A DNA stretch of 64,000 nucleotides from Camelus dromedarius (lineage: Eukaryota): the NCBI RefSeq assembly GCF_036321535.1, contig NC_087444.1, forward strand, positions 75,082,001-75,146,000. The letters run 5' to 3'. The notes below the pieces were generated by a model that saw only the letters and a list, made by a program, of their open reading frames with translations, had not been told where the DNA came from and did no database searches. Numbering within the stretch: the stretch's first letter is position 1; the number at the start of each line of letters is the position of its first letter. Of this stretch, positions 12,741 through 28,060 are shown one piece after another. The translations under genes and the position numbers were made by a program.

Positions 12741-13998
12741 TGACAAGACATCTTTAATTTATTTAAAGAACATTACCATGCAGCCAGCCTCCCTAACCCT
12801 AACCCAAAGAGTCTCACCTCCTGCTCTTCAGGCCCCGTGAAGTCCCCTCCCTCGTGGAACAGGGCTGACCTGTATAAGCAGCAGAACGTGGTGGAAACGG
12901 CAGAGGGTGATTTCTGAGGTGAGGCTATAAAAGACATTGCTATCTCTTGGCTCAGTCATTCTGGGGGAAGCTGGTGGCCATGCTGTGAGGAGGCTCAAGC
13001 AGTCCTACAGGCGGTGCATGTGGTCAGGGGCTGAGGCCTCCAGCCAACAGCCACATCGGTAAGCCTGGAAGTGGCTCTTCCAGGCCCAGTCGAGTTTTCA
13101 CATGACTGCAGCCCACGTGAGTCATGTGACTCACCCAGCTAAGGCACTCCCAAACTCCTGGCCCACAAAAACTGTGAGGCATAATTAATGGCTACTGTCC
13201 TAACCCACGAAACTTTAGAGAAATTTGTTTCCTGGCATCAATAACTAACGCTATTGAGCAGTCACTCTGCGAAAGCCTGTTTTAAAGGCTGAATGTATTT
13301 GAACTCATTCATCCTCAAAGCACCTCTTTGAGGTACAGACTGTGCTTCCATTTCATGAGTGAGGCAACTACAACACTGAGAGGTGCAGCAACTTGCCCAA
13401 AGTCACACAGCTTATAAACGGCAAAGCTGGGATTTGAACCCAACCTGTCCAACTCCATGGTGTAGGGGTCCGATCGCTGGGCCACGTGGGTTCGCCAGTT
13501 GCTGGTGGCTCGGGAAGAAGACAGAATCACCAGGAGGCCCAAGAGAGCCTCAAAGAGCCCCAGTATTTAAGGGGTGTGGAAAAGAACCAACTCAGCGGTG
13601 ATGGGTGGCATGGGGAGGGAGGAGTCTAGAATGTGGGGCAGGGGCAGGGGTCTCTCCCTCCCTCTATGCCCAGTTTAAGGGCGCCCAGGTTCAAATCCCA
13701 GCTTTGCTGCTCACTAGCGTGTTCCTGTGGGCAAATTACTTAACCGCGCTGTGCTTCGCTTTCTCCATCTGAGCAATGGAGAGGGTGATGATCAGATAGA
13801 TGATTCCTGGGGTTGCGGTAAAGATGAAGTGGGTTACTCCATGGGTTAATCCAAGGCTGACGAAGGCCCCGGGGGATCGGGCTCCAGGGGGAGGCGTGCT
13901 GGGACCTGCTCTCCTGGGGGGGTGGCTCAGGCCGGGTAATGAGCAGGTGGGGCTGCGGCACAGACAGCGGGCTGAGCTCAGCGTCTGGCTGTGTGGAA

Positions 13999-18178
<4,180 letters not shown>

Positions 18179-19448
18179 GCCAGATCGGGCACCACCCCTT
18201 CCCCACAACACACACTGGATCCCAACACATCTGTTCGTCACCTGCTGCCCTGGCTTCTGTGACTTACTGTGTGCGTCGGGGGAAGGCAGGGAGGGCTGCC
18301 TGGCCTGGAAGCCACAGGCAGTTGAGTGTGTGCATGTTGTGACACACGTGCATGTACATATACGTGTGCGCTCCTGCACTGCTGTGCAGTGTTTCCACAC
18401 ACACATTTGCACATCCGTACACGCACACTGGTACCTGTTTAAGCCTGCCTGCCTGGGGAGTTGCGTGACGGTCACAGGACCCCAGGAATGCCCTCTGCAC
18501 TTCCGGGTCCTGGGGGAGCCTCTTGTTTATAGATACACAGAAGACCCAAAGAAAGTTCTAGTTGATTCCTCTACCCTACTGCTTTGAGCAGCCCTTCCCT
18601 CAGCAGACTGCTGGGATGGCTAAGGAGATGGGGACACCACTGGGGGTGCTGTCCATCTGTGCCTGGGGACCCTGGCCTCACTGGGGGATGGCTCTCCTTC
18701 CAGCTCCACACCAGAACCCAGCCAAACACCACAGCTCACACACAGGGACATGCGAGGTGTTTAATGGGTGCCTGGCACTGTCTGCCAGGGCTGTCCATCC
18801 CCACAAAGCTGGGGTTCTGGGCCCCAGCACCCCTCACCCAGGCATTTAGCAGACACTCCAGCCACACACCCAGCTAGAGGAACCGGAAGAAACAGGCTGC
18901 ACCTTCCCCAGGTGAGCAAAGGGCAAAGTTCCATTTTAAAAGAGAAAAGGCCTTGCATAAAAAAGGTCTCAAGAGAAAAGACATCACAAAGGGGGGAAAG
19001 AGCCTCCCTAAAACCCCTTCTACGCTGAAAAAGTAACAGGTTAAAATACTGCATTTAAAACAAGCCTCGAGAAAGTGTGCAAACTTCCAGGTGCTTCCAT
19101 GTCGTGGGCTTCGGGCTCTCCCACTTGGCCTGCAGTGCTCTGGGGGCCCAGGTGGCAGAGCGGTGGGTACCAACCCCCCGACACCCACTGGGCTCAAGTG
19201 TATCAGACTGAAATGTAGCAGACTCTCCCCGAATCCTGCGGCAGCTCTCGGCCAGGAGCCGTTCTTCTCCAGCTCTGGCCAGTGAGGCCCACAGGGTGGC
19301 CAGGGGCGTCCCTCAGTCCATTCAGGGGCACACAGGAGACCCTGCCGAGGCTTTGGGCCTCCCCTCCAATGTCCCTGTTCCCTGCCAGTTGGCTCGCCTG
19401 GGATTTAGCCTCCCTGCCCCGCTCCGAGAACCAGCTGGACCCTGGGGC

Positions 19449-20315
19449 CTAGTCGTGGCGCACGGGCACTGGCGGGTCCCCTCCGCTGGCCTGGTCAGAG
19501 TATGGGGGAGGCGGGGGCTGCTCCTCCTCCAGCCCGTAGGCGGCATGGCTGCGGCTGCGCTTGGCCTCTTTGATGTACAGCTCCAGGAGGACCTTGGTGG
19601 GCTGCTTGTCCACCCGCTCCCTGGGCACGCCGTGGCTCAGCAGCCAGCCCATGAGGTCCTTGCGCGTTGGGTTGGGCCCCAGCATGAGCTTGGTGCGGCC
19701 AGGTTGGCTCTGGCGCCAGAGCAGGCCAACATCGGCTATGGTCTGGATCTCCATCACCGCCTCCAGCACCGTCATGCCCTTGACCAGAAGGCTGACCAGC
19801 GAGAGCCGCAGCTCGGAGGGAGCGGCCGTCAGCAGGCGCCGCTGCAGGCCCTGCGTGAAGGGCACGTCCTCGGGCGCCGGGCGCTCAGGCTCGTTGGGCA
19901 GGGGCGGCTCTCGGTAGATCCAGTCCAGCATGCCCAGCTCGCGCACCAGCTGGATGCCCTCCTCCATGGTGGTCCAGGGCCGGAAAGGCAGCTCAGTGGC
20001 CTCGAAGTGCAGGAAGGACTCCCAGCGCTGGCGCCAGGCCTGCAGCAGCCAGGCCAGCAGCGTTCGGCAGCCACCCCGCAGGGCCTTGCAGTGGTAGTTG
20101 AAGACGGCATCACTGGTCAGGTCGCCCAGCAGCGCCAGCTCCCCGGAATTCAGGGACAGCGCTGGGCCCCCTTGGTCATACACCCGCAGGATCCAGGTGA
20201 TCATGAGCTCATTGGGGTTCTGCCTGAAGCGCCGCGCGATGGCCAGGAGCTCAGTGTACGTGTAGTAGCGGTCGCCCCGCCCCACCTGGGTGGGCGCCAG
20301 GGCTCTCTCGGCCAT
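19449..20315 (-). CDS. C19orf48: Intact 288-aa ERV-L Gag (capsid)-derived, Fv1-related ORF in the last exon of the C19orf48/SNORD88 host gene
   Basis: acagccATGG at 20315, 17 nt after acceptor cttcctgtcccccag (exon starts 20332); TAG at 19449-19451. ERV-L Gag-type motifs in order: YTYTEL, WILRVYDQGG, LTSDAVFN, LLAWLLQAWRQRW, PWTTMEEGIQLVRELGMLDWI, PEDVPFT, WLLSHGVPRERVDKQPTKVLLELY. The internal MTVLEAV matches the recalled start of the human C19orf48 ORF. Confidence 0.85.
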   Translation of the reverse strand: MAERALAPTQVGRGDRYYTYTELLAIARRFRQNPNELMITWILRVYDQGGPALSLNSGELALLGDLTSDAVFNYHCKALRGGCRTLLAWLLQAWRQRWESFLHFEATELPFRPWTTMEEGIQLVRELGMLDWIYREPPLPNEPERPAPEDVPFTQGLQRRLLTAAPSELRLSLVSLLVKGMTVLEAVMEIQTIADVGLLWRQSQPGRTKLMLGPNPTRKDLMGWLLSHGVPRERVDKQPTKVLLELYIKEAKRSRSHAAYGLEEEQPPPPPYSDQASGGDPPVPVRHD

Positions 20316-20436
20316 GGCTGTGGCTGCTCCAGCTGGGGGACAGGAAGAGGCCGGGAGGGGTGCGGCCACGGGTGCTGCAGGGAGGGCACAGAGAAATAGC
20401 CCCACACACCCGGCCACCAGGCACCTCCCTGGAGTT

Positions 20437-20524
20437 GGGCCCCACAGACCCCCGGATGTCAAGGTCCTGGGGGGCACGGTATCCTCATGGGAGATCAGAG
20501 CCCAGTGCTAGGCATCATGGGCGC
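20437..20524 (-). ncRNA. Degenerate fourth SNORD88 copy (D box CTGT)
   Basis: ATGATGCCTAGCACTGGGCTCTGATC...GGACCTTGACATCCGGGGGTCTGT in the last intron; the D box is mutated and the guide 5' end is altered. Confidence 0.75.
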
Positions 20525-20759
20525 TCTGATACTGGATGTCCCAATGCAACGCTCCCCCCACACCAGCTGCTCCTGTAGCAGCTTCCCCCCACCCCCAACA
20601 TCATGGCGTTACTGTGAAGATTAAATGAATCCAGTGCTTAGAACTGTGCCGGGTCAGTTACGTGCTCAGCATTTGCCTTTATACTATTACCATAATCTCT
20701 ACATTAAAATTTTTTTCAATTATTCTTTTTTTGAGCATTAAAAAAATATAATTTCACAT

Positions 20760-20912
20760 TAAAAAAATTTTATTTATTAAAAAATATTTCTTTGGGGAGG
20801 TGAGGTAATTAGGTGCTTTTTTTTTTTTTTTAAAAAAATGGAGGTACTGGGGATTGAACCTGGGACCCTCTGCATGCTAGGCATGCACTCTACCACTGAG
20901 CTACACCCTCCC
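20760..20912 (-). mobile_element. tRNA-derived SINE of camelid type
   Basis: gaggtactggggattgaacctggg...actctaccactgagctacaccc preceded by a T-rich tail. Confidence 0.85.
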
Positions 20913-21113
20913 CATAATCTCTACATTTTGTTAACTATAAAATAAATATGATTATTATGGCATTCATGAGAACTTCTGTTCTTACCCAGAGGAATGGTGG
21001 CGCTCTGGGACGCCTGGAGGAACCACCTGCAGAAAGGAAGGAGTTGGGGTGGGGAAGAGGAGGTTGGAGGCACACAGGGCAACCACAGCCCCCACCCATC
21101 CCTCCACAGAGCT

Positions 21114-21209
21114 GGGGGCCCCTCAGATCCCCAGGTGTCAAAGGTCCTGGGGGAGCACTGTGTCTTCACAGAAGATCAGAGCCCAGTGCTGGACATCATG
21201 GGGGTCCCC
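21114..21209 (-). ncRNA. SNORD88: Box C/D snoRNA SNORD88 family copy
   Basis: C box at 21193-21199, same guide and D' box, D box at 21123-21126, GC-rich terminal stem. Confidence 0.9.
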
Positions 21210-21609
21210 AAATATGGCCCCTTCAGGAGCCTTGACTGAACACACCTCACTGCAAAGCCCCTAACCTCCCCACCCCTGGGTTGGCCTGTTTCTAATCCTA
21301 GCCCCTCCTGCATTCACCATCTCTTACCACCCTCCCCAAACCATCTCTGCAGCAGGGATCGAACCCAGGACCTATTACCATGCATTCTGAGCTAACCCTA
21401 TAGATTTAATGAACGATAAATTTAGAATCTTGTAAGTCTAATGATTACTATGGTATTAACAAGGGGACTCTCTTCTGTTCTTACCGAGGGATGGCCAGGC
21501 TGTTCAACTCCTGAAGGAACCACCTGCAGACAGGAAAGGGTGGGGGATCCAAGAGAGGGTTGGTGGGGTGCAGGGAAACCATGGCCCCCATCCACCCTTC
21601 CCTATAGGC

Positions 21610-21705
21610 GGGACCCCTCAGAACCCCAGGTGTCAAAGGTCCCGGGGGGGGGCACCATGTCCTCACCAGAGATCAGAGCCCAGTGCTGGACATCATGGGG
21701 GTCCC
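21610..21705 (-). ncRNA. SNORD88: Box C/D snoRNA SNORD88 family copy
   Basis: C box at 21690-21696, same guide and D' box, D box at 21618-21621, 8-bp terminal stem gggacccc/ggggtccc. Confidence 0.9.
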
Positions 21706-23127
21706 AGTGCCCTTAAACTGCCTCCCTCCCCCAACCAGACCATAGAACGTTTCCATCTTGCTAGCTCTGTTGGACAGCGCTGCCTCGGAAATCGATAGAT
21801 GTTACGTGTCCCTTAGGGCTTCCCTATCCTGCTGTCTTGCTTTGCTTCTCCTTGCCCCCCTCACATATCCCTGCCCAACGGGCCCCCTCCCTAATCCACA
21901 CTTCCCCGGAAATTTCCTCAGTCCGCGATGAGGTTCAGAGCTCCGCAGAGGACGGAGAGATGAGCCCCCCGAGAAAGACACTCTGATGAGCTGCATTCTG
22001 AGCTAACCCTTCACAGCACGCAGCTCTCATCCCTAAGGTGCTTGTCGGCAGGAGTCTAAACCTCTGAGAACCTCAGAGAATACCCTTTCTGTTCTCTCTG
22101 TTATGTATTTAGAAAACAATCGTTCCCATCTGTTATCAGAAATCAACCTTATTAATGGGAATGGAGATTTGGGTCCAGACTCTATTGAGAAGTCAGGACT
22201 GTTCCACCAGAGCCATGATCCTCCTCGCTCCCCACACCCAAGGGACAGAGAAAAAGCCTCCTAGAGCTCAGAACACTTGTTTCTTTTTGGGGAACACACA
22301 TACCAACTTATCTGATGATTTAGCTCTTCGAAACACTCCTGAAACATTCTCCAGATAAACCACATCCTTTGACAATGGCTACTGTGTAAATTGAGGGTAA
22401 CCTTAATAACTGTATCAGTTTATAGAGATATGATTCATGGGGAAACTGCCTAATCTTTGCTGAAGGCGACACTGTATTCAGTCTACACCCGCTGCCGCTC
22501 CCCACTGTAAGAGTGATAATGCTTCCAGCCCTGCTGTTTCTTTTCTTCTGCTGAGTTTGAAAATTAGCTTTCTGATTAGTCCTTTTCCCTGAAACCCAAA
22601 TACATACACATTACCCTCCGTATCTACGGGGCCCCAGGAACCGATCCCCCATGGACACTGAGAAATGACCATATATATTTCCCCTTCCACAGCCCATGTA
22701 CTCCTCGCCTTATCCAACCCTCACCTGTGAAGGCAGGAAACATCACTACCCCCCACCCAACTGCACAGAGGCCTAGGGGCCCATCTGTTCCTGATGTGTT
22801 GTGCCCACTCTACAGGCAGAGTAATTGAGGCTCAGGAGAGCAATCACTTGATTAACACCTCTAAGCCCAAGAACAGCAGAGCTAGGTAAATCCCAAGCAT
22901 GACTGCTGGCATATAAATTAGGTCCCAGAGGTATCTGATGTGAAGGCACTGAAAACAAGGGTGAGTTATTTTAGATCTGGGTGGGTCAGGGAGTAGGCAT
23001 AAGGGGTCTTACCAAGATGGGGTGGTGGTGGGTGGCCCCTCAGCTTGAAGACACACCTGTAACACAGGAAGGATTTGGTGAGAGTGGGAGAGGAAACAGT
23101 TTGGGGGTCCAGAGAACATCAAAACCA

Positions 23128-23218
23128 GGGCACCTCAGATCCCCAGGTGTCAAAGGTCCTTGGGGGGCACTGTGTCCTCAGGGGTGATCAGAGCCCAGTG
23201 CTGGACATCATTGGAGCC
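23128..23218 (-). ncRNA. SNORD88C: Box C/D snoRNA SNORD88 (HBII-180) family, probably the SNORD88C orthologue
   Basis: C box ATGATG (23211), guide TCCAGCACTGGGCT followed by a CTGA D' box, CACCCCTGAGGACACAGTGC segment, D box CTGA at 23135-23138, 78 nt upstream of a 3' splice site. The guide is complementary to the 28S rRNA sequence GCCCAGUGCU. Confidence 0.9.
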
Positions 23219-24559
23219 CAGGTCCCTCTGCAACCAGATCCCAAGGCCACTCACCTTCAGGAACAGAGGCCAAGCTAACAGCACTTAGAGACTGAGAAAC
23301 ACAAAAAACCATCAGGAGGGTACAAATGCCCACAGCTTTCCCTATGGAGACACCAAGATGCCCCCACCTCCCCAGTCTCACAGGTCCACAAGGGACTGTC
23401 TCCAAACCCATTACATGTTGAGACCCTGCTCACTACTCACTACTCCTCTTGTCTCAGTTCTGCAGATTTCTAGCACTGGCTGTACCTGCTAACTCTATAC
23501 AGCGAAAGCTAAGATGCAAATCCCTTGGGAGAGCCTGTTGTGGGGGAATAAAGGGAGAAAAAGAAACCTAAAATATAAGCAGTGTAAGCAATGACCAGAG
23601 ACCCTTAAGCACAACCGTTTTTGAACAAGTCAACTGCGAAAGACGTTTTGGAGATGATTTAGGAACTATGAGCACTAAGCAGATAGAAGATGGTATCATT
23701 AAGGAACAAATCTCATTGAGGGTGACAACAGCACTGTCATTACCTAGAAAAACGTTATTTTAGAGACACAAGTATTAACTATTTTGGATGAAATAAGAAA
23801 TATACTTTCAGAACACTAAGGACAAAAAAGCAAACTTGGTGAAATGTTGTAACTATTAAACATGTCTGTTTCCCCGTATGTTTGAGGATCTGAAAAATAA
23901 AAAGGAAAAAAGGGCGTGAAAAAGGGATATATCGGACAATGGCAAAAGAGGGCGCACTCCAAAGATGAATGGACGAGAAATTCCACTTGTGACTTGGCAA
24001 GAGTAAGTGTAAACTCAACAGTTTTCTAGACGGTTGACTGAAGGGAGAAACTCAGAAGGGATTCTTGCTGGGTTGCTGTGGGGAGACAGAAAATCAGCTA
24101 TTTGCTCGTGGGCTGGCTCTCCTTGCCAGGGGCGCTGCATTGCTCAGGCGTCAAGCAACTGATGTCCAAAAAGATCTTAGGACCGATCAGCCCCAGGACT
24201 GACGTTTAATAAAACTATGAGGTTCTAAGTGATTTCAAAATTCTGATATTTGAGTGGCCGTGTGAGAATAATTCCTGAAAGTGAACAAAGGCCTCACTAG
24301 CTTTCTCCTAAAACCACTTCTATCTAGTTCTCGGAAACAACACAGTACTTAAAGACCTCACTCCCACTTCTTCCTTAGTAACTCCTGAGATCCTGCCTCT
24401 ACCTCTCCCACAGGCTTTGTTCTATGCTGCACAAAAATGCCAGCCACGTGGAATCAAAAATACAAAAGCGATTTCCTAAGGAGAGTACGTGTAGCGAGAA
24501 AGGGGGTGGAAAACTTCACAAAGAAATATTCAATGTCACTAGCCCCCTGCCTGCACCCC

Positions 24560-25460
24560 CCGCCCCCGACATGGACAAGATGGCGGAGCCCTGCGACGTG
24601 GGCAGCAGAAATGGCGTAGCCAGGCTGCGGTGCAGAGAAAGAGGAACTAGCCCTGGGGGCCTCGGTTCGCTTCGGCGGCAGGAGTCCTCCCCGACCCCCT
24701 GAGCGCCCCCAGAGAGCCCCCACCCTCTCCGGACGCCACTGCCCGCCCCGCAAGTAACACTCAGGCTAGCTGGGCCCAGACTCGGCCCACGCGACATAGT
24801 GGCCGCCCTTGCTGCAGTCCTGGGCACCACGCGACACGCACGACCCAGGTCCCAACGCACACCCCACCGCAAAACCCAGAAAAGACCCAACAGTAAAATA
24901 ATGCTCACCTCACACTCGCTCTCCCCACCGCGTGTGCAGGCTGCAGCGTGTCCTGCTTTATAGAGCGCGCCGTGCGAGCGGCCTGCCCCCCGGCGCCAGA
25001 CCGGGCTTCACACCGAGGCGTCCAGCACATACGCCGGTGTCGGAAACCCCGCTTCGGTGCTTATGGAAGGGAATACTACCTGTCTCCTCTAGAATCTTCC
25101 CGACCAGACGGTGGGATGTTGTCCCTGGGGACGGAGAAAAGGGGCAAGGAAAAACTGGGACCCGTTCTCCTGTCATGAGGGTCAGGCAATTCTGTGAACA
25201 GCACCAAAGGCGGGCCATGAAGGGGAAGGCCCCCTTCCGGGTGTGGGCGGGGCCAGAAGGGGAAGCAACTGGAATTTCCAGCACTGCAGTGGCGCGAGCT
25301 GGGCTTGCAGAGGCGGGGCAGGCCCCGGCGACGTCCCAGCCGCAGAGTGGGAGGCCGGACCCAGTACGGAGTTTGACAGGTGGGCGTTCTGGGAAAGAGT
25401 CGCGTGGCGCAGAATTAGAGGCCGAGCCTGCGCGGTGAGGGGGAGGGGCGGGACCGGAGG
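24560..25460. promoter_or_regulatory. CpG-island promoter of the snoRNA/gag host gene
   Basis: High CpG density, GC boxes, TATAAA (-) at 24957-24962, YY1-type AAGATGGCGG at 24577-24586. Confidence 0.75.
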
Positions 25461-25589
25461 CTGGAGGTTTGAGGAAGGGGCAGGAGGCCTGGACTCCTGG
25501 GGCTGTTTGGGGGCCAGATTTGGGGTACACCCCTGGTTTGGATTGTCTAAGAGTTGGGGGCTTGGCTTCTTGGCAGGGTTGGAAATCTG

Positions 25590-25730
25590 GGTGTCTTTTC
25601 TTTTGGAGGGTAGTGGGAGGTAGTTAGGTTTATTTATTTATTTTTAGAGGAGGTACTGGGGATTGAACCCAGGATCTCATGCATGCTAAGCAGGCGCTCT
25701 ACCATTTGAGCTATACCCTACCCCCCCCCC
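25590..25730 (-). mobile_element. tRNA-derived SINE of camelid type
   Basis: Same head and (TTTA)n linker as the other copies. Confidence 0.85.
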
Positions 25731-26794
25731 CCGGTGTCTTTTCAAGTGACATGATTGTAACAATTTTTTCAAAAATAAAACAATGTAACTTCTCTACTAC
25801 TTCAAACCCATTGACCAGAATCATCACTGTCTACAGTTTGGTGTGGACTTTTTCCTTTATGGATACTCGAGCGCGCGTGTTATGGATAAAGATGCTTTTT
25901 TTCCCACTCTAGTTTGTCCCATAAATAGTCTCTCCACATCAGTACACAGAGCGACCTCATCCCTTAAACAGTGGCAAAGCATTCCCTTGTGTGAATAGAA
26001 TATATTTTGTTTAGCTGGTCCCCCTGGTCGTTTGGGTTGTTTTCTTCCTTCTACTGAAGAGACTCCTCCGTGAAGCCTGTGGTCTGAAGTAAAAGGAAGA
26101 GACCTGAACTCTGCTCTTAAAATGAGACATTTCCTTCACTGGCTCCTGCGTAACTCAGAGGAAACCAAAGTCTTCCTTGTAGCCCACAAGGCCCAGAGTG
26201 ACCCAGTCCCTGCTCCTTCTCTGCCTTCGTCTCCCCTTTCTGTCTCCCTTGCTCAGGCTACACTAGCACAGTGGCCTCCCTGGTCTTCCTGGGAACTGCC
26301 AAGGTCATTTCTACCTCAAGACCTTTGCATTCGCTATTGTCTTTGCCTGGAACTTTCCCATCCAGTCTATCCCCATGGCCCTCTTCCTCTCTTCAGTCCT
26401 GTTTCTGCTCAGATGTCACCGTAGCCTAGAGCTCCCCACCCATTCACTCTATATAACAGGCCCTCTGTTTTCCAGACTGGTCACCCTTTCTCTCCTGTAT
26501 TTTTCTTCATAGCTCTTATCCTCTCACATATCTTTCTGTGGACATGGGTTTTTTGCTTGTTTTTGTTTTCGTTTTTGCCTCTCTGCCGAAATGTCAATTC
26601 CTTAAAGACTAGGATTTGTGTCTAGTTTGACCACTCCTATAGACCCAGTGTCTGGCTCATAGTTGCAGCTCACTTCTTATTAAAAATGAGCACATTTGAG
26701 AGCCTTCTGTGGGAGACAAGAGGAAGGATTATTGTAACAACACTTAGAGAGCACATATTATGGCCTAAACTCTATCTAGATTGAAGTACCATTG

Positions 26795-27160
26795 GCTTTC
26801 CCCACAAGCGGGTTCCACGTGCACATTTCAACCAGCTGCGCATGGAAAATGTCGGGGAAAAAAACAGTTCCAGAAAGTTCCCAAGACCAAAACTTGAATT
26901 TGCCGTGTGCCCAGGCAACGATTTACATAGCATTTACATTATATTTATAACTATTTAATAGCATTTGCATTGTATTACATATTATAATTGAGAGATGATT
27001 TAAAATATACAGAAAGATGTGCATCATCCCTTGTATAAAATTGCAAATACTCTGCAATTTTTTATAAGGGACTTGAGCATCCTTGGATTTTGTTATCCGA
27101 AGCCGGGGGAGGGGGGCGTGTCCTGGAACCAATCCCCCTCGGATACAGAGGAACAACTAG
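26795..27160. mobile_element. MER2/Tigger-type DNA transposon fragment
   Basis: catagcatttacatt...ttttataagggacttgagcatcc..ggattttg..atcc...ggtcctggaaccaatcccc..ggatac pattern. Confidence 0.7.
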
Positions 27161-28060
27161 ACTACCATTATCTCCATTTTACAGTTGGGGAAACTGAGGT
27201 CCAAATGGGTTCAACCCCTTGCTCCCAGGTCATAGAGTGAGTCAGTGGCTGCACTAGATTCAAAACCTGCCTCCTTAACCATTGTGTGAAAGGGAGATAA
27301 ATGGGACCCCCCCCAGGCGGGGGCCCTGCAGGGAGACCTAGACATTGATATAACTGTGTACTTGAGTTTCAACCCTGCCCCGTTTAGTAAATGACTCGTA
27401 GCCCCAGACCATCTGCAAAGATTGGCTACCTATGACAGCCTTAAAAATAAATAAATAAGGAAGGAATGGGACCCCATAGAAAAAAAAATTTTAAGTGAAA
27501 AAAAGAACAGCTTTGTTTTGGGGTGGAGTTGGGGAGAAGAATGGAGACAGTGACAGGAGCTGTTGGGAAAGGCAGGAGGAAGTGTGGGTGCAAAGAGAAT
27601 TAACCTTGGGAGGGGCAAATTATTGGAGGTCACAGATGGGAAGGATGAAGCCCAAAGAGCTTGGCTTAAAAGCATCAGCTATTTGACAAACACTGACTGA
27701 GCACCATCTCTATGGCAGGAATCAGGAACCTGCTCTGTGTGCTGGTGCCTCCTGTCTCTTTCCCCTTGAGTCCCTCCCACACCTGCCCCTCTCCCCAGAG
27801 GGCCCAAGGGATGGCCCCAGGGAGGCCTGCCACTTCCCAAGTACACTTCGAGGTATTGAGCTCAAAGAACATTCTGGGTGAAAAACACAGATTCTTTGAA
27901 AATACAGATTATTAATCTGAGTTGGGAGAGGAATATTCAGAGGCGACTGGAAAGGGAAGAGACTCTCAGTGTGGGTAAGGCTGGAGAGCAGGGTTGTCAG
28001 GTACTTGGTGGGGAGCTGTGAGCAGGCTCCTTGGCAGGGAGGTAGGGTCATTCCTGTGCC

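Larger units (their letters stand above)
18760..24935 (-). other. C19orf48-like snoRNA host transcription unit with short non-coding 5' exons
   Basis: CpG island about 24560-25460; TATAAA (-) at 24957-24962; donor AG|gtgagc at 24908. Short GT-AG exons at 23255-23274 (acceptor uncertain), 23013-23056, 21485-21523 and 20986-21026; terminal coding exon from 20332; candidate ATTAAA at 18760-18765 (-). Confidence 0.65.

Noticed and set aside
19296-20399. 367-aa plus-strand ORF
   Set aside because: It is the antisense shadow of the GC3-rich Gag-like ORF; there is no ATG start or recognisable domain.
20316-20477. 54-aa N-terminal extension of the Gag-like ORF given by the ORF track (342 aa)
   Set aside because: It starts at GTG inside an intron, overlaps the fourth SNORD88 copy and lies mostly upstream of the acceptor at 20333. 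The ATG at 20315 has a strong Kozak context.
21920-21995. Possible plus-strand C/D snoRNA (gcgatga...ctga)
   Set aside because: It is antisense to the host gene, the C box is imperfect, and there is no terminal stem or recognisable guide.
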